DNA of 30,107 nt from Acidimicrobiia bacterium. GTDB lineage: Bacteria > Actinomycetota > Acidimicrobiia > Spongiisociales > UBA5794. The notes under the pieces are model-generated. The model was not told the origin of the DNA and searched no databases. It saw only the letters and a list, made by a program, of their open reading frames with translations. The stretch is from contig JACDBE010000061.1 in the NCBI GenBank assembly GCA_013695075.1, forward strand, positions 1-30,107, written 5' to 3'. The position numbers and the translations under genes are program-made. Positions 20,786-29,608 of this stretch are shown here, piece by piece (the first letter of the stretch is position 1; each line of letters starts with the position of its first letter).

Positions 20786-21139
20786 TCAGATTCCCGGTCT
20801 GGCGGCTGCCTCTGCTCTGGCCTCGGACTCGGTGAGCTTGGCCCCGGTGGAGGCCAGCGACGCCCGCGCCCGGTCCAGTTGCTGGCGGAGCTGAACCACC
20901 TCGGCACGGGCCGAGGTGACGTCGGCGGTGGCGGTGTCCAGCTGGGCACTGACCGAGGCAAGGTCCTCCTCTGTAGAACTGAGCTGGGTGGCTTGGCGCT
21001 CGATGATCTCGGTCTGTTCCCGGCTGATCCTGTCGGCCACCGCCCACGGGCGGAGCAACCAACCGAGGGCGAATCCCACCAGAACGGCGGCGGCGCCCCA
21101 GGCGGTCAGCGTCGCCGTTGTCACCTCCACTGCCAGCAT
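20786..21139 (-). CDS. Hypothetical membrane-anchored coiled-coil protein
   Basis: GGGAGG SD before ATG 21139; TM segment WGAAAVLVGFALGWLL, then heptad-like E/Q/A/L-rich helix. Confidence 0.65.
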   Translation of the reverse strand: MLAVEVTTATLTAWGAAAVLVGFALGWLLRPWAVADRISREQTEIIERQATQLSSTEEDLASVSAQLDTATADVTSARAEVVQLRQQLDRARASLASTGAKLTESEARAEAAARPGI

Positions 21140-21284
21140 GGGCCCTCCCGATCGGTGTGGCCGCGATCTTGCCACAGCGCCGGCTTGAATGATCGCTCCT
21201 GGAGGTATCGAGCGCCTAAGGTGCGGGACCGAACCGAACCGTGCACCCTGGCACGGGTCATCCCTGCGCGGGGGCTTCTGGCGA

Positions 21285-22202
21285 ATGTTGGCCATCAACG
21301 ATCAAACGACGCAGAGGCGAGCCCCCGGTTCCAACAGCCACCTGGTGGGGGTGGTGATCCCGACCCGCAACCGGCCGGCCGGGCTGCGTGCTGCGGTGAC
21401 CTCGGTACTGGACCAGGGGGATCCCCGCCTCGAGGTGGTCGTGGTGGACGAGGCCTCCGCTCCCAGCGCCGCCGAGTCGCTCGGTGACCTGGCCGCCCGG
21501 GTCGTCATAATCCGCAATGAGGTCCCCCGCGGCCCAGCCAGCGCCCGCAACCAGGGAGCGGCCAGCCTCACCAGCGACTTCGTGGCCTTCCTCGACGACG
21601 ACGACCGGTGGCTTCCTGGCAAGCTCGACGCCTTCCAGGCGACGGTGGCCACGGTCCCCGAGGCCAGCCTGGTTGTACACCGTACCGGGTGGATGGGGGC
21701 AGAACAGGACGGGACCGGCCGGCTGACGCTGGTGGCCGACCCGTTGAAGCGGATGCTCGCCTCCCAGCCGCCCCACCTTGACGGTGTGGTCGTCCGACGC
21801 GACCTGCATCAGGAGGTCTGCTTCGACGAGAGCCTCCCTGCCGCCGAGGACCTCGACTATCTGGTGAGGTTGGCATGGCGGGCGGTGGTGGTGGAGATCG
21901 ACCGGGTATTCGCCGTCCACGGCATCGCCGATCAGCCCTCGGACATCAGGGTCACCACCCGCATCGCCGGGCGGCGCCGCTTCGCCACCAAACATGCCGA
22001 ACTGCTGCGGGACCCGCGCTTCGGCGCCTTCCACTATGTCCGGCTCGGCCATCTCTATCGGCAGGCCGGACAACGGTGGCCGGCGATGGGGTCGTTCGTC
22101 CGGGCCATCCGCCTGCAACCGTCCTCCCGGCTGGCCTGGAAGGGACTGGCGAGAGCCGTGCTCCCCACCGCGGTGGCGGAGGCGCTGCGGAGGTCTCGTT
22201 GA
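21285..22202 (+). CDS. Glycosyltransferase family 2
   Basis: VVIPTRNR, VVVVDEAS, GPASARNQG, AFLDDDDRW (DxD), AEDLDY; start uncertain. Confidence 0.9.
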   Translation: MLAINDQTTQRRAPGSNSHLVGVVIPTRNRPAGLRAAVTSVLDQGDPRLEVVVVDEASAPSAAESLGDLAARVVIIRNEVPRGPASARNQGAASLTSDFVAFLDDDDRWLPGKLDAFQATVATVPEASLVVHRTGWMGAEQDGTGRLTLVADPLKRMLASQPPHLDGVVVRRDLHQEVCFDESLPAAEDLDYLVRLAWRAVVVEIDRVFAVHGIADQPSDIRVTTRIAGRRRFATKHAELLRDPRFGAFHYVRLGHLYRQAGQRWPAMGSFVRAIRLQPSSRLAWKGLARAVLPTAVAEALRRSR

Positions 22203-22999
22203 GCGCCGACCGGCGTTCACCAGTAGAGCGCCTGGTGGAGCTGTGCGGGCTCGATGTCAGCGGGCCGTCGACGGCCCCCCCCTTCTTCATCGTCGGGGCG
22301 GCTCGGTCGGGGACCACGTTGCTGCGAGTCCTGCTCGACAGCCATCCCCGCATCTCGGTAGGCCCGGAGACCAATGTGCTCCACCACTGGATCCAGGCGG
22401 TGGTCGACGCCAAGACGCTGCACAGTTACCCATACCACGACGACGAGCTGCTGGCCTATCCGGCGGCGGCGCTCGAACTGCTCCACCGCCGCTACATGGC
22501 GGAACGGGGCAAGGTTCGCTGGGGGGAGAAGACGCCCAACTACACCGTGGTCATCGACGAGATCATGCGGGTGTGGCCCGACGCCCTGTTCATCCACTGC
22601 ATCCGTGACGGCCGCGACGTGGTCTGCTCGATGGTGGACCGGTGGGGATGGCGAGCGGCGCCGGCCGCCCGGCAGTGGCGGCAGCGGGTGGAGGCGACCT
22701 TGGTGCAGGTGGACAAGCTCCCGCCCAGCCGCCACCTCGAGGTCCGCTACGAGGACCTGGTGATGGCGACCGAGCCGGTGGTGCGCCGGGTGTTGGACTT
22801 CCTGGGCGAGCCATGGGACCCGGCGGTGTTGGAGCAGGCCAGCGCCGACCACCACGGCGTCGTCGACGATGTCCCCGAGGCGCTCGATCTGGTGTCGGCC
22901 GCCAGCGTGGACCGATGGCGCACCGAGCTGGGCCCCCTCGACCGCTTCGTGGTCAATAGGGTGGCCGGCCCCACCCTGCGCCGACTCGGCTACCGGTAG
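22199..22999 (+). CDS. PAPS-dependent sulfotransferase
   Basis: FFIVGAARSGTTLL (5'-PSB loop), WGEKTP, IRDGRDVVCS (3'-PB), RYEDLV; TTG start overlaps the GT2 stop (TTGA). Confidence 0.9.
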   Translation: MSADRRSPVERLVELCGLDVSGPSTAPPFFIVGAARSGTTLLRVLLDSHPRISVGPETNVLHHWIQAVVDAKTLHSYPYHDDELLAYPAAALELLHRRYMAERGKVRWGEKTPNYTVVIDEIMRVWPDALFIHCIRDGRDVVCSMVDRWGWRAAPAARQWRQRVEATLVQVDKLPPSRHLEVRYEDLVMATEPVVRRVLDFLGEPWDPAVLEQASADHHGVVDDVPEALDLVSAASVDRWRTELGPLDRFVVNRVAGPTLRRLGYR

Positions 23000-23012
23000 G
23001 CGGGCTCTCACC

Positions 23013-23063
23013 CAACCTAAGGTCGTGGCAGGTCGTGGCGACAGGTAATCCGCTGAAGTTGAG
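23013..23063 (+). repeat. 51-bp dispersed intergenic element, copy A
   Basis: CAACCTAAGGTCGTGGCAGGTCGTGGCGACAGGTAATCCGCTGAAGTTGAG; collinear without gaps with copy B; identical 17-mer GACAGGTAATCCGCTGA at 23040-23056. Confidence 0.8.
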
Positions 23064-23136
23064 TGGCCGAGGCTCGTCACCCTCACCCTCAGCGTCCCGC
23101 CCGTAGGATCGTTCTCAGGGGAGGAGGAGGTAGGCG

Positions 23137-23846
23137 ATGGATCTGCAAGGAGTCGAGCTCACCTGGTTGGGTCACGCCGCTGTTCGGCTCAGGCTGGGCG
23201 ACGGGACCGTGGTGCTGGTCGACCATGGCTGGAAGGCAACCCGGCCTGCCCCGACGGCGAGCAGGAGCAGGACCGAGTCGACGCCATCTACATCACCCAC
23301 GGCCACAACGACCACTTGGGCGCTGGCGTCCCCGATCTGGCTCGGGCCCACGACGCCGCGGTGTTCGCCATCCACGAGATCGCCACCTGGCTGACGGCCA
23401 ACGACGTACCCACTGCCTCGGGATCGAACCAGGGGGGGACCGCTCCCGGGCCTGGAGGCATCAAAGCGACCCTGGTCGACGCGGTGCATTCCTCCGACAT
23501 CGACGGCTTCGGCCCCGTGGCTCCCGGCGGGCAGGCGGCGGGCTGGGTGCTCGACATACCGGACGGGCCCACCATTTACCACGCCGGCGACACCGCCGTT
23601 TTCGGCGACATGGCGCTGATCGGGGAGCTGTACCGCCCCGACATCGCCCTACTGCCCATCGGCGGGTACTACACCATGGGTCCGGTTGGGGCCGCTCGGG
23701 CGGCCAGCATGCTCGGCGTGGCGACGGTGGTGCCCATCCACTACGCCACCATGCCCGCCCTGGCCGGGACCCCCGAGGAACTGGCCGATGCCGGCGCCGG
23801 CGCCTTCGAGGTGGTAGCCCCCGAGCCAGGCGAACGAGTGACCTAG
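23137..23846 (+). pseudogene. Metallo-beta-lactamase-fold metal-dependent hydrolase (UPF0173-like), -1 frameshift at 23223-23224
   Basis: LTWLGHAAVRL...VLVD in one frame; adding one C (GAC CCA TGG) gives DPWLEGNP...ITHGHNDH (HxHxDH), HSS, YHAGDT, PIHY to the stop at 23846. Strong GGAGGAGG SD. Confidence 0.8.
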
Positions 23847-23899
23847 CCGCCCGAAACTAACGCGCCCTTCCCTGGACCCTGTTCTCCTTCCTTGTCTGT

Positions 23900-24050
23900 T
23901 TCCCCTCCCTGTGGTGGGGGTGCCGAGCGACAGCGAGGCCGGAGGGGCTCCTACCGCGCCCCGACGCCCACGCCCCGCCCCGCCCCGGCTGCTCCGCAGC
24001 CACCCCTCCCGGAGAGAGGGGAAATGGGACCCCGGCTGCTCCGGAGCCAC
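23900..24050. repeat. REP/RIME-like palindromic intergenic element between convergent genes
   Basis: TTCCCCTC (23900-23907) is inverted at GAGGGGAA (24016-24023); GGCTGC-TCC-GCAGCC hairpin at 23987-24001 recurs with one mismatch at 24034-24048. Confidence 0.6.
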
Positions 24051-24054
24051 CTCG

Positions 24055-27000
24055 TCAGTGGAAGTCGCGCGATGTCAGGTCGGCGGCGACGGGGAGCTGC
24101 TCGAAACGGTGGGCCACCAGATTGGTGACCCCGCTGCGGTACTCCAGCACCCCGGACACGATCATCCCCACCGCCTTGCGGGCGACCTCGTAGTTCGCCT
24201 CCCAGATCGGGGGGAGCACCACCACGTTGAGCAACCCGGTCTCGTCCTCCAGGTTGAAGAAGCACACCCCGGAGGCGGTGCCGGGCCGCTGGCGATGGGT
24301 GACGACCCCGCCCACCCGGACCCGCTTGCCGTGGCGGCGCAACGCCAGCGCCTCGGACACCGACAGGCAGCCGGTGGCGGTGAGCCGCTCCCTGACGAAC
24401 TGCACCGGGTGGGTGACCGAGATGCCCGTCGACCACAGATCGGCCTGCACCCCCTCGACCCGGTTCATGACGCCCAACGAGGGTGGGTCTCCGCCCCCCA
24501 GCGGCAGCCGTCCGGGCCCCATCCGCCCCAGCGACCCCGCCGACCAGATGCCCTCCCGCCTCCCCACCCCGAGGCTGGCCATCGCCCCCGACGCCGCCAG
24601 CGCCTCATGGGCGTCGACGGGCAGCCCGGTGCGGTGCGCCAGGTCCTCGGCGGAGCGGAACACCCCGGCGGTGAGCCGGGCGGCCTCGATGCGCACGATC
24701 TCCGCCTCCCCCAGGTTGCGCACGTGGCGCAGCCCGATGCGCAGCGCCACCGCCGCCCGGGGGGCATCGTCCACCGATCCCCGCCCCCGCCGCCACCGCA
24801 TCCCCAGGTACTCCACCACGTCGTCCTCGGCGGCGTCGAGGTGTTCGATGGTGCAGTCGTAATCCGAGACGTTGATGTCCGGGGGGAGCACGACCACCCC
24901 GTGGTGGATGGCGTCCTGGACCAGCGAGTTGGGGCTGTAGAAGCCCATCGGCTGAGCGTTGAGCAGCCCGCACAGGAACTCAGCGGGCCAGTGGTACTTC
25001 AGCCAGGCGGCGGCGTACACGATGTAGGCGAACGACACCGAATGCGATTCGGGGAAGCCGAAGGAGGCGAAGCCCTGCAGCTTCTCCCAGATCTCGTCGG
25101 CGGCGGCGCCCGCGATCCCGTTGCCCGCCATCCCCCGGTACACCTCTTCGGACAGCTTGGCCATCTCCTCCCCCGACCGTTTGTGGGTCATCGCCTGGCG
25201 GAGCCGGTCGGACTGGCCAGGGCTGAACCCGGCGCAGATGCGGGCCAGCTCCATCAGCTGCTCCTGAAACACCGGCACCCCCAGGGTCTTGGTCAGGATG
25301 GGTTCGGTGGAGGGATGGGGGAAGCGGATCGGTTCCTCACCGTTGCGGCGGCGCAGGAACGGGTGGACCGAGTGGCCCTGGATGGGACCGGGGCGGATCA
25401 AGGCAACCTCGATGGCCAGGTCGTAGAAGGTGCGAGGTCGCAGCTTGGGCAGCGTTGCCATCTGCGCTCGCGACTCGATCTGGAACACCCCCACCGTGTC
25501 TGCCCCGGTCATCATGTCGTAGACGGCGGGTTCCTGGTCGATCAGCGCCAGGTCGATGTCGACCCCGTGGGTCTCCCTGATGGCGTCGACGGTGAGGTGC
25601 AGCCCGTTCAACGCCCCCAGCGCGAGCAGGTCGAACTTGACGATGCCCATGGCGGCGCAGTCGTCCTTGTCCCACTGCACCACTGAGCGGTCCTCCATCC
25701 GCCCCCACTCCATGGGAACCACCTCCCACAGCGGGCGCTGCGCCACCACCATCCCCCCCGAGTGGATCCCCAGGTGGCGGGGGAAACCGTCGAGGCGCAC
25801 GCAGGCATCGACGATGAGCTCGGTGGTGAGCCCGGCGGGGAGGTCGAGATGCTCGGCGATCCCCTGTGGGCTGCGGGTGTCGAGGTACTTGGTGAGGGCG
25901 ATGACCTGGGCGGCGGTGAGCCCAAAGGCCTTGCCAACGTCTTGCAGCACCGAGCGAGCGCGGTAGGTGATGACGTTGCACACCATCGCCGCCCGCTCCC
26001 GCCCGTAGCGGCGGTAGCAGTACTGGATGACCTCCTCGCGTCGCTCCGCCTCGAAGTCGATGTCGATGTCGGGGGGACGGCCCCGCTCGGTGGAGAGGAA
26101 CCGCTCGAAGGGCAGATGGAGGCGAATGGGGTCCACCCGGGTCAGCCCGATACACCGGCACACGGCGGCGTCGGCGCCCGACCCCCGGATCTGGCAGTAG
26201 ATGTCCCGGGAGCGGGCGAAGCGGACGATATCCCAGGCCACCAGGAAGAACCCGGCGAAGCCGAGGCCGGCGATGACCGCCAGCTCGTGCTCGATGCGGG
26301 CCAGGGCGGTGGGGTCGATGCCGCCTGCCCCCTCGCCGGGGTACACGGTGCGGGCGCCGTCGATCACCAGGTGGCGCAGGTAGGCGTCCTCGGAGGTGAA
26401 GCCGCCGGGCATGGGGAAGTCGGGAAGCCGGGGGGTGAGCAGGTGGAGCCCAAAGGCGAGCGACGACCCCAGCTCGGCAGCGGTCTCCACCGCCCCCGGG
26501 TACCGGGCGAAGCGGCGGGCCATGTCGGCGGCGGAACGCAGGTGACGCTGGTCGGTGGCGGGGCGGAACCCGTCGGCGGCGTCCAACGGGCGCCTCCCGG
26601 CAACGGCGGCCAGCACCTCGGACAGGTCGGCGTCGCCAGGCGAGGCGTAATGGACGTTGTTGGTGGCGACGATGGGTAGTCGCAATCTGGCCGCCGCCTC
26701 GGCTAGGACCTCGTTGCGGACGTCGTCCTCGGGCATGCCGTGGTGCCACAGCTCGACGTAGAGTCGGTCGGGGAACAGCTGGTGCAGACGGGCGGCGGCC
26801 GCCATGGCACCGGCCAGGTCCCCAGCGGCGGCCGCTGCCGGCATCGCCCCCTGGCGGCATCCGGTAAGGGCCACCAGGTTCCCCGCCCGGGATGCCTCGG
26901 CCAGGTCGTGGTAGCGATATGCCGGGCGGTCCTTGCGACCCCGGTACTGCCCGGAGGAGACGAACCGGCTGATGGCGGCGTAACCGGCAGGGTCGGGGGC

Positions 27001-27378
27001 GAGCAGCACCACATGGTGGGTGGGCTGCTCGGCCACCGGCTTGGTCCCGTGCATGCGCCGCACCCGACCCCGCCGGGGCCGGTCGGCTCCAGGCTCGGTG
27101 TCGGGTTCGGGTCGGAGGCCGGGGAGGGACCGTTCCTCACTGTGTACCTCGTCCTCGGGGTGAGGCGACATCCCCACCTCGGTCCCGTACACGATGGGGA
27201 GCCCCACCACGGTGGCCGCCCGGTGCACCTTGACCACCCCGCGAAAGCCGTCGTGGTCGGTGACCGCCAGCGCCACCAGCCCCAGCTCGGCGGCCCGGAT
27301 CACCAGCTCGTCGGGGTGCGAGGCCCCATCGAGGAAGCTGAAGTTGGTGTGGCAGTGCAGCTCGGCGTAACCGGTCAC
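24055..27378 (-). CDS. dnaE2: Error-prone DNA polymerase III alpha homologue DnaE2
   Basis: 1107 aa; PHP motif ELHCHTNFSFLDG...VTDHD, catalytic PPDIDIDF, HLGIHSGG, KFDLL, FQIESRAQ, GFPESH, OB fold, C-terminal SRDFH motif typical of DnaE2/ImuC. Confidence 0.97.
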   Translation of the reverse strand: MTGYAELHCHTNFSFLDGASHPDELVIRAAELGLVALAVTDHDGFRGVVKVHRAATVVGLPIVYGTEVGMSPHPEDEVHSEERSLPGLRPEPDTEPGADRPRRGRVRRMHGTKPVAEQPTHHVVLLAPDPAGYAAISRFVSSGQYRGRKDRPAYRYHDLAEASRAGNLVALTGCRQGAMPAAAAAGDLAGAMAAAARLHQLFPDRLYVELWHHGMPEDDVRNEVLAEAAARLRLPIVATNNVHYASPGDADLSEVLAAVAGRRPLDAADGFRPATDQRHLRSAADMARRFARYPGAVETAAELGSSLAFGLHLLTPRLPDFPMPGGFTSEDAYLRHLVIDGARTVYPGEGAGGIDPTALARIEHELAVIAGLGFAGFFLVAWDIVRFARSRDIYCQIRGSGADAAVCRCIGLTRVDPIRLHLPFERFLSTERGRPPDIDIDFEAERREEVIQYCYRRYGRERAAMVCNVITYRARSVLQDVGKAFGLTAAQVIALTKYLDTRSPQGIAEHLDLPAGLTTELIVDACVRLDGFPRHLGIHSGGMVVAQRPLWEVVPMEWGRMEDRSVVQWDKDDCAAMGIVKFDLLALGALNGLHLTVDAIRETHGVDIDLALIDQEPAVYDMMTGADTVGVFQIESRAQMATLPKLRPRTFYDLAIEVALIRPGPIQGHSVHPFLRRRNGEEPIRFPHPSTEPILTKTLGVPVFQEQLMELARICAGFSPGQSDRLRQAMTHKRSGEEMAKLSEEVYRGMAGNGIAGAAADEIWEKLQGFASFGFPESHSVSFAYIVYAAAWLKYHWPAEFLCGLLNAQPMGFYSPNSLVQDAIHHGVVVLPPDINVSDYDCTIEHLDAAEDDVVEYLGMRWRRGRGSVDDAPRAAVALRIGLRHVRNLGEAEIVRIEAARLTAGVFRSAEDLAHRTGLPVDAHEALAASGAMASLGVGRREGIWSAGSLGRMGPGRLPLGGGDPPSLGVMNRVEGVQADLWSTGISVTHPVQFVRERLTATGCLSVSEALALRRHGKRVRVGGVVTHRQRPGTASGVCFFNLEDETGLLNVVVLPPIWEANYEVARKAVGMIVSGVLEYRSGVTNLVAHRFEQLPVAADLTSRDFH

Positions 27379-27384
27379 TCCCTC

Positions 27385-27406
27385 ATTCTATCGAACATGT
27401 GTTCGA
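27385..27406 (-). promoter_or_regulatory. LexA (SOS) box abutting the dnaE2 -10 element
   Basis: TCGAACATGTGTTCGA at 27391-27406 fits actinobacterial TCGAAC-N4-GTTCGA; TAGAAT (minus strand, 27385-27390) lies 6 nt before the GTG; possible TTGGCA -35 at 19-nt spacing. Confidence 0.92.
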
Positions 27407-27451
27407 TACTGCCAAGCGCAGGCGCCGGTCAGCGCACGCCGCCCGGCGCTC

Positions 27452-27910
27452 TCACTGCGGCCCGGGCCGATTGCCCGCGGCCGTGTCCGCGGCGGCGGGC
27501 AAGGCGTAGGTGCCGGTGGCGTGCGACACCAGCCGGTCCGGCTCGCCGTCCACCCACAGGTCGATGGCGCCATACGCCCTGGCCTTCCCCACCCGGAGCA
27601 GCCGGGCCCGGGCCAGCAGGTCGGCCCCCACCGCCGGGCGGAGGAAGCTGATGTGCAGGTCGGTGGTCACCGCCATCGGTGCCACCCCGATGACGGTGAA
27701 CACCGCGTACCACAGGGCGACGTCGGCCAGGGCGAACTGGGTGGGACCGGGGATGTAACCACCGGGTCGCAGCGCCGCCGGGTCGTATGGCCACCTTCCC
27801 ACCGCCATGCCGTCACCCAGTTCCTCGCAACGGAGACCCATGGCGTGCGCCGCCGGATAGACCTCGGCGAGAAAGGAGTCGACGTCAGCCGGACGGATGT
27901 CGGTGCTCAC
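27452..27910 (-). CDS. PaaI family hotdog-fold thioesterase
   Basis: LRPGGYIPGPTQFALAD, AVTTDLHISFLRPA, LLRVGK, HATGTYALP; GTG at 27910 (track ORF over-extended). Confidence 0.87.
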   Translation of the reverse strand: MSTDIRPADVDSFLAEVYPAAHAMGLRCEELGDGMAVGRWPYDPAALRPGGYIPGPTQFALADVALWYAVFTVIGVAPMAVTTDLHISFLRPAVGADLLARARLLRVGKARAYGAIDLWVDGEPDRLVSHATGTYALPAAADTAAGNRPGPQ

Positions 27911-28015
27911 CGGCGGGCAGGCTAACGGGGACGTTGTCCCTTGGCTCCGGTACCACGCTGACCCCGGTCCGCTCTCACCCGACATGGAGCGTGCCCGACG
28001 TCGTATGCTCGGGCC

Positions 28016-28396
28016 ATGACCGAGTTCACGGTCCATATGGCCAACCGGCCGGGTCAGCTGGCCAAGCTGACCAGGCTGCTGGCAGACGCCGGGATCCACA
28101 TCGAGGCGCTGGCCGCCTTCGCCAACGGAGAGCTGGGCATCATCCGGGTGGTCGCAGACGACGACACCGTCACCCGCCGGGTGCTCGGCGACGCCGGGCT
28201 CGACTGGGACGAACACCGGGTCATCGCCACCGTCGTCCCCAACCGGCCCGAGGCCCTGGCCGAGCTCACCGCCTCGCTGGCCGACACCGGGATCAACATC
28301 GACGCCATGTACCTGCTGCGCACCAACCACGAGACCCAGCAGTTCGCCCTCGCCGTCAACGACCCGGAGATGGCCCGCGAGCACCTCGCCGTCTGA
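28016..28396 (+). CDS. Tandem ACT domain protein
   Basis: Two ACT repeats: MANRPGQLAKLTRLLADAGIHIEAL and VPNRPEALAELTASLADTGINIDAM; TATGCT 6 nt before ATG. Confidence 0.88.
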   Translation: MTEFTVHMANRPGQLAKLTRLLADAGIHIEALAAFANGELGIIRVVADDDTVTRRVLGDAGLDWDEHRVIATVVPNRPEALAELTASLADTGINIDAMYLLRTNHETQQFALAVNDPEMAREHLAV

Positions 28397-28406
28397 TCGA
28401 CCGGAG

Positions 28407-28457
28407 CAACCTCAGGTTGCTACGTGTCAGGGTGACAGGTAATCCGCTGATGTTGGG
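28407..28457 (+). repeat. 51-bp dispersed intergenic element, copy B
   Basis: CAACCTCAGGTTGCTACGTGTCAGGGTGACAGGTAATCCGCTGATGTTGGG; begins within the palindrome AGCAACCT-C-AGGTTGCT (28405-28421); shared 17-mer at 28434-28450. Confidence 0.8.
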
Positions 28458-28515
28458 AGCCCGGCGGGTGTCGACATCGGCCGCCTGGTGCTCAGCAATG
28501 CTCAGCGCCTGATCC

Positions 28516-29608
28516 TCAGCGACGTGCGGCGCCTGGTGGGCGGTGATGTGGGCGGCAATGTGGGCGGCGTCCCGGCCGACGCCGCCGATCAGCGACGAGT
28601 TCCCGGCGTACAGGAAGAACAGCCCGATGAAGTACAGCCCCGGTGCAGCAGCTACCACGCCGCGATCGTGCATCGCGTTGCCCTCGTCGTCGAACACCGG
28701 CAGGTCGATCCAGGAGAAGTCCGACCGGAAGCCGGTACACCACACCACGGTGCCGGGGTCGAGGGTGCGGCCATCGTCGAGAAGCGGCTTACCGCCGGCT
28801 ACACCGACTACCCGGGGCACCCGCTCGATTCCGGCGGCAACGATGTCCTTGCGCCTTACCCGAGCCAGCGGGAGACCCCGGTGCGACAGGTCCTGACGCA
28901 CCTTGCGGCCCAGGGCGTGGCGCACCGTCAATACGTGCGACAGGAGGAACCAGAACGGCGGCGTCAACACCCGGTCCCCCCAGCCCCCGGCGCGCAGCGG
29001 TTCCTGGCCGGTGTCCCGACCGGCCAGCCAGGTGTGGTGGGCGGCGGCGGCCTCGATGGCGATCTCGCCGCCGGAGTTTCCGGCACCAACCACCAGCACG
29101 GCGCCATCGCTCAGCTGCGACGGGTTGCGGTACTGGGTGGAGTGCAGCTGGACGATGCCGGGATCGAGATCGGCGGCGAACGACGGGATCCTCGGCGCCT
29201 GGTAGCCGCCGGTGGCCACCACCACGTGGTCGGCCCGATAGCGCCGCTCCCCGGCGGCGACCATGAAGCCACCGTCGTCCCTCGACAACCGTTCCACCCG
29301 CTCTCCGGGGCACACATCGAGGTGGAACCGGGCGGCGTAGGACTCCAGGTAGTCGGCGACCTCGTCCTTGGTGGGATAGGACCAGCCCGACGCCGGGAAA
29401 CGCCACCCGGGCAGCCCGTCGTAACGGGCCGGGGTAAACACCCGCAGCGAGTCCCACCGCTGGCGCCACGGGTCGCCGATCCGGTCGCCGGCGTCGAGGA
29501 TGAGGCAGGGCCGTCCCCGTTGCGCCAGGTGGTATCCCACGGCCAGCCCCGCCTGACCGCCACCGATGATGATGGCTCGACGTGCCTTGAGCCAAGATCG
29601 CTGTCCAT
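28516..29608 (-). pseudogene. Flavin-containing monooxygenase-like FAD/NAD(P)H oxidoreductase (CzcO/TrkA-like), apparently frameshifted at both ends
   Basis: IIIGGGQAG, WRQRWDSL, VVATG, QLHSTQYRNP, VGAGNSG, WCTGF, GVGRDA. ATG 29608 after GGAGAG is one base out of frame with IIIGGG; the probable stop at 28516-28518 is also one base out of frame. Confidence 0.78.

Noticed and set aside
23911-26860. Long ORFs antisense to dnaE2 (591 aa at 23911-25686, 507 aa at 25337-26860)
   Set aside because: Shadow frames expected from high-GC codon bias; Arg/Gly/Pro/His-rich with no motifs. The same applies to those opposite the ABC exporter, ThDP enzyme, rfbB and monooxygenase.
27040-27180. About 45-aa Pro/Arg/Glu-rich insert in the DnaE2 PHP domain as an intein or mobile insert
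   Set aside because: Too short, no Cys/Ser start or His-Asn end; DnaE2 proteins commonly have a variable loop here.
23013-28457. The two 51-bp copies as a CRISPR repeat pair
   Set aside because: Only two copies, 5.4 kb apart, no spacer array and no cas genes.
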